Below, in pieces: positions 60,765 through 64,000 of a stretch of 64,000 bases of DNA; the first letter of the stretch is position 1, and every line of letters starts with the position of its first letter. The translations under genes were made by a program, and so were the position numbers. This DNA comes from Maricaulis sp. (lineage in GTDB: Bacteria > Pseudomonadota > Alphaproteobacteria > Caulobacterales > Maricaulaceae): assembly GCF_034670125.1 (NCBI RefSeq), contig NZ_JAXMOC010000002.1:385768-449767 (forward strand), written 5' to 3'. The notes under the pieces are model-generated. The model had not been told where the DNA came from. It ran no database searches and was given only the letters and a program-made list of their open reading frames with translations.

Positions 60765-63266
60765 TCAGTAGAGTCCGCCCAGCTCATCTTCCTCTTCTTC
60801 CTCCTCGTCTTCCTGCTCATTCAGCAGAAAAGCGAGTGGATCGTCACTGACAGACGAGCGGGCAAAGCTCAGGCCGCTTTCTTCCTCATCGGTCTGACGC
60901 GACGGTTCCGTGCCTGGCCGGAAAGCCTCCAGGATCACGCCGGACTGTCCCAGCACGCCCGGTTCGCCGGTGACACGATGGATCGGCGCCAGACGAACGC
61001 CCGGCGGCACCCGGAATGGCGCGACGGGGTAGCCTTCCAGGGCGACCTCAAGGAAATCGCGAGCGATCGGCGCTGCTACACGACCTCCCGCCTCGCCGGA
61101 CCCGAGCTGGTAGGGGGTGTCAAAACCGACATAGACGCCGACGACGAGGTCCGGGCCGAACCCCATGAACCAGGCGTCACGGAAGTCATTGGTCGTGCCG
61201 GTCTTGCCGGCCAGGGTCCATGGCAGGGGACGCAGGGCCGTACCGGTACCGCTCTGGACGGCGCCTTCCAGCATGTGCACGACCTGATAGGCCGTCACCG
61301 GGTCGATCACCTCTTCACGGGTTTCCGGGAAGAGCGGTTCCAGCACATCCTGTTGGTTCCAGGCCTCCACATCGCAGGTTTCGCAAGGCAGGACTTCATG
61401 CGCGAAAATCGTCTGCCCATTACGGTCCTGGACCCGGTCAATAATGGTCGGTTCGACCCGGCGCCCGCCATTGACCATCGCGGCATAGGCCGAGACCAGG
61501 CGGTAGAGGGTCGTCTCACCGGCACCGAGCGACATCGCAAGCACCGGCTCCAACTCATCGTAAATGCCAAACCGCGTGCCGTATTCGACGACTGGCGCCA
61601 TGCCCATTTCCTGGGCGAGGCGGACCGTCATCACATTTCGCGAAAGCTCCAGTCCCAGCCGCAAGGTCGACATTCCATAATAGCGTTCGGAATAGTTGGA
61701 CGGCATGTAAAAACGTTCATCCGCGCCACCTGTGGCGATGAAGGGCGCATCAAGGATCAGGCTGGCCGGCGTATAACCATTGTCGAGCGCCGAGGCATAG
61801 ACGAATGGCTTGAACGCCGAGCCGGGCTGGCGGCGTGCCTGGGTCGCTCGGTTGAACTGGCTGTGCTGGAAGGAATAACCGCCCATCATGGCCAGCACAC
61901 GGCCGGTATGCGGATCCATCGCCATGATGCCGCCATTGATCGCGGGCACCTGACGCAGGCCATATTGGCCATCGGCGAAGCCTTCCTGATCGGAAATGCT
62001 CTCCACCAGGATCACATCCCCCGCTGTCAGGACTTCGGACGGGCTTGAGACCGGAGGCCCGATCTCGCCATCTGGCAGATTCTCGCGGGCCCACTCCAGC
62101 GCAGCCATCGGGATTACGCCCTCTTCGCCGTTCAGCAGCCCGATGCGAGCCTCTGCGGCGGTTGTCTCGAGCACAACGGCTTGCAGCCACCCCTCGTCGA
62201 GATCACGCGGGATTTCAGCCGCGGCAAGGCGTTCCATCCACCCCTCACCCAGTTCAATGGTTTCGAGGGCGCCGCGATAACCGTGCCGGCGATCATAGGT
62301 TTCCAACCCGTTGCGCAGGGCGCTTCGGGCTGCCAGTTGCATGCGCGTGTCCAGCGTGGTCCGGATCGACAGCCCGCCGTCATAGAGTTCGTCTTCTCCA
62401 TACAGCGAAAAGACCTCGCGACGGACATTCTCGACAAAATACTCGGCGGCTGTGTAGGTCGCGCCGGACAGTCGATCGACGGTTTCAAGCGGGCGCGCCA
62501 TGGCCTCGCGCGCCGCCTCCTCGGTCACATAACCATTGTCGGCCATGCGCGAGAGGACCCAGTTGCGGCGTTCCACCGCCGCCTGGTGATGACGGTCCGG
62601 ATGGTAGTTGGCAGGACCTTTCGGCAGGGCCGCCAGATAAGCGATCTCGTGCAATTCAAGCTCGTCCAGCGAGCGGCCGAAATAATTCAAAGCCGCTGCG
62701 GCGACGCCATAGGCGCGATTGCCGAGATAAATTTCATTCAGATAGAGTTCGAGGATCTGATCCTTGGTGAAGGCACGCTCGATCCGGCGCGACAGCACCA
62801 TCTCACGCACCTTGCGCTCCAGTCGTTGCTCACTGGACAGCAGGAAGTTCTTGGCCACCTGCTGGGTGATTGTGGACGCCCCCTCAAGGCGGCGCCCCTG
62901 CAACACATTGGAAATATTGGACAGGCCGGCGCGAATGATGCCGCGGAAGTCCAAGCCTCCATGCTCGTAGAAATTCTTGTCTTCCGCCGAAATGAAAGCA
63001 TGCACAACATTCTGGGGAATGTTGGCGATCGGCACGAACACGCGATGTTCGCGCGCATATTCGGCAATCAGCAGACCGTCCCCGGCATGGACGCGACTCA
63101 TGATCGGCGGCTCGTACTCCGCCAATTGTTGGTAGTCGGGCAGATCGTCAGTCACACGGACGACGTAGACCGCGACCGCAATGAAGCCGATGACGGCCAG
63201 AACGGCAGCTGCGACGCTCCCCCAAAGGGCAACCCGCAAAACATTACGCAAGGTGAAGAGTTTCAT
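60765..63266 (-). CDS. mrcA: Penicillin-binding protein 1A (class A PBP)
   Basis: TM, GT motifs SAEDKNFYEH, GASTITQQVAKN, RKVRE and YLNEIY; TP motifs GSAFK, SRN and KTG. Confidence 0.95.
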   Translation of the reverse strand: MKLFTLRNVLRVALWGSVAAAVLAVIGFIAVAVYVVRVTDDLPDYQQLAEYEPPIMSRVHAGDGLLIAEYAREHRVFVPIANIPQNVVHAFISAEDKNFYEHGGLDFRGIIRAGLSNISNVLQGRRLEGASTITQQVAKNFLLSSEQRLERKVREMVLSRRIERAFTKDQILELYLNEIYLGNRAYGVAAAALNYFGRSLDELELHEIAYLAALPKGPANYHPDRHHQAAVERRNWVLSRMADNGYVTEEAAREAMARPLETVDRLSGATYTAAEYFVENVRREVFSLYGEDELYDGGLSIRTTLDTRMQLAARSALRNGLETYDRRHGYRGALETIELGEGWMERLAAAEIPRDLDEGWLQAVVLETTAAEARIGLLNGEEGVIPMAALEWARENLPDGEIGPPVSSPSEVLTAGDVILVESISDQEGFADGQYGLRQVPAINGGIMAMDPHTGRVLAMMGGYSFQHSQFNRATQARRQPGSAFKPFVYASALDNGYTPASLILDAPFIATGGADERFYMPSNYSERYYGMSTLRLGLELSRNVMTVRLAQEMGMAPVVEYGTRFGIYDELEPVLAMSLGAGETTLYRLVSAYAAMVNGGRRVEPTIIDRVQDRNGQTIFAHEVLPCETCDVEAWNQQDVLEPLFPETREEVIDPVTAYQVVHMLEGAVQSGTGTALRPLPWTLAGKTGTTNDFRDAWFMGFGPDLVVGVYVGFDTPYQLGSGEAGGRVAAPIARDFLEVALEGYPVAPFRVPPGVRLAPIHRVTGEPGVLGQSGVILEAFRPGTEPSRQTDEEESGLSFARSSVSDDPLAFLLNEQEDEEEEEEDELGGLY

Positions 63267-63363
63267 TTTGCCCTCTGGCCGCTCTACCCGCTGGTCAGCG
63301 TTGTCGTTTGACCATGACTACACGGCGGCATTATGGCCGCGCTTGCCGGGAGTTTAAAGGGAG

Positions 63364-64000
63364 TCAGCGGGCTGGAAGTGCAATCGCTGTCTGGTCCAGC
63401 AGCTCGCCGTCATCGCCACGGCGCGCGAAATAGCTGTCGATGCCACGGGTCACCGCCTCCATCTGGCGGCGGCGGGCCGACGCCGAGTTGAGATTGTTCT
63501 CGTCAGTCCGGTTGGTCACGAAGCCCATCTCGAGCAGGACAGCCGGCACGCGTGGATCAAGCAGGACAAACAGGTTGGCCTGGCGGTGAGGATTGGCCAG
63601 AAGCGGACCGGCATCGTCGAGATGCTCCAGCAGGACTTCGGCAAAGGCCGAGGACTGGTTCCGCTTTTCACGCAGTTCAAGCTCGACAAGGATGTTGTTC
63701 ACGTCGGCTTGCTGCGTATGGCTGGAGTCTTCCCGAGCGCGGGCACGAGCCCGGTTCTCGGCCCGGTCATTGAGCGTGTAGACAGCCGCGCCGCGAACAT
63801 CGGCATTGCTCGAACTGTCAGCATGGATGGAGAGAAACAGGTCGGCGCGGGCATCTTCCATCACCCCGACACGCTCTTCCCATGACGGGTAGATGTCGCG
63901 ATCCCGGGTCATCAGGACTTCATACCGCCCCGTCGCCTCCAGCTGCCGGCGCAGTTCCCGCGCCGCTTCCAGATTGACCTGGCTTTCATGGGTTCCGCTG
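63364..64000 (-). CDS. amiC: N-acetylmuramoyl-L-alanine amidase (Amidase_3), C-terminal part; runs off the window end
   Basis: GTHESQVNL, YEVLMTRD, LFLSIHADS, HRQANLFVL, VLLEMGFVTN. Confidence 0.85.
   Translation of the reverse strand, partial: SGTHESQVNLEAARELRRQLEATGRYEVLMTRDRDIYPSWEERVGVMEDARADLFLSIHADSSSNADVRGAAVYTLNDRAENRARARAREDSSHTQQADVNNILVELELREKRNQSSAFAEVLLEHLDDAGPLLANPHRQANLFVLLDPRVPAVLLEMGFVTNRTDENNLNSASARRRQMEAVTRGIDSYFARRGDDGELLDQTAIALPAR

Overview
A GC-rich alphaproteobacterial chromosome segment. Gene content and protein style suggest Caulobacterales/Maricaulis-like; this is an inference. It is mostly core genes: tig-clpP-clpX-lon, maeB, nnr, glnB-glnA, parE, an iscR-iscS-suf Fe-S operon, anmK, tyrS, bcp-DUF455-M23 peptidase-bactofilin, a frameshifted prfB, PBP1A and a partial amiC, plus three tRNAs (Asp-GTC, Val-TAC, Leu-TAG). 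Small accessory modules are interspersed. No integrase, transposase, prophage or CRISPR array was seen. The best hidden element lies between lon and pheA: an unannotated, apparently leaderless 23-aa leader peptide (MNNASYFFAAYFSNATQLGAVTG, 3 Phe and 2 Tyr in 7 codons), followed by a perfect intrinsic terminator just upstream of an enterobacterial-style bifunctional chorismate mutase/prephenate dehydratase. Together these look like a Phe+Tyr-sensing transcription attenuator. Other leads: three unrelated genes chained by 4-nt overlaps inside the suf operon; a TetR(WHG)-PspA-YiaAB module with visible operators; a two-Cys ArsR plus ArsI organoarsenical module; tandem NtrC boxes with no sigma54 promoter at glnB; an active plus dead amidohydrolase pair; a histone-H1-like tail on trigger factor. 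All functional calls come from motif recognition without database searches.
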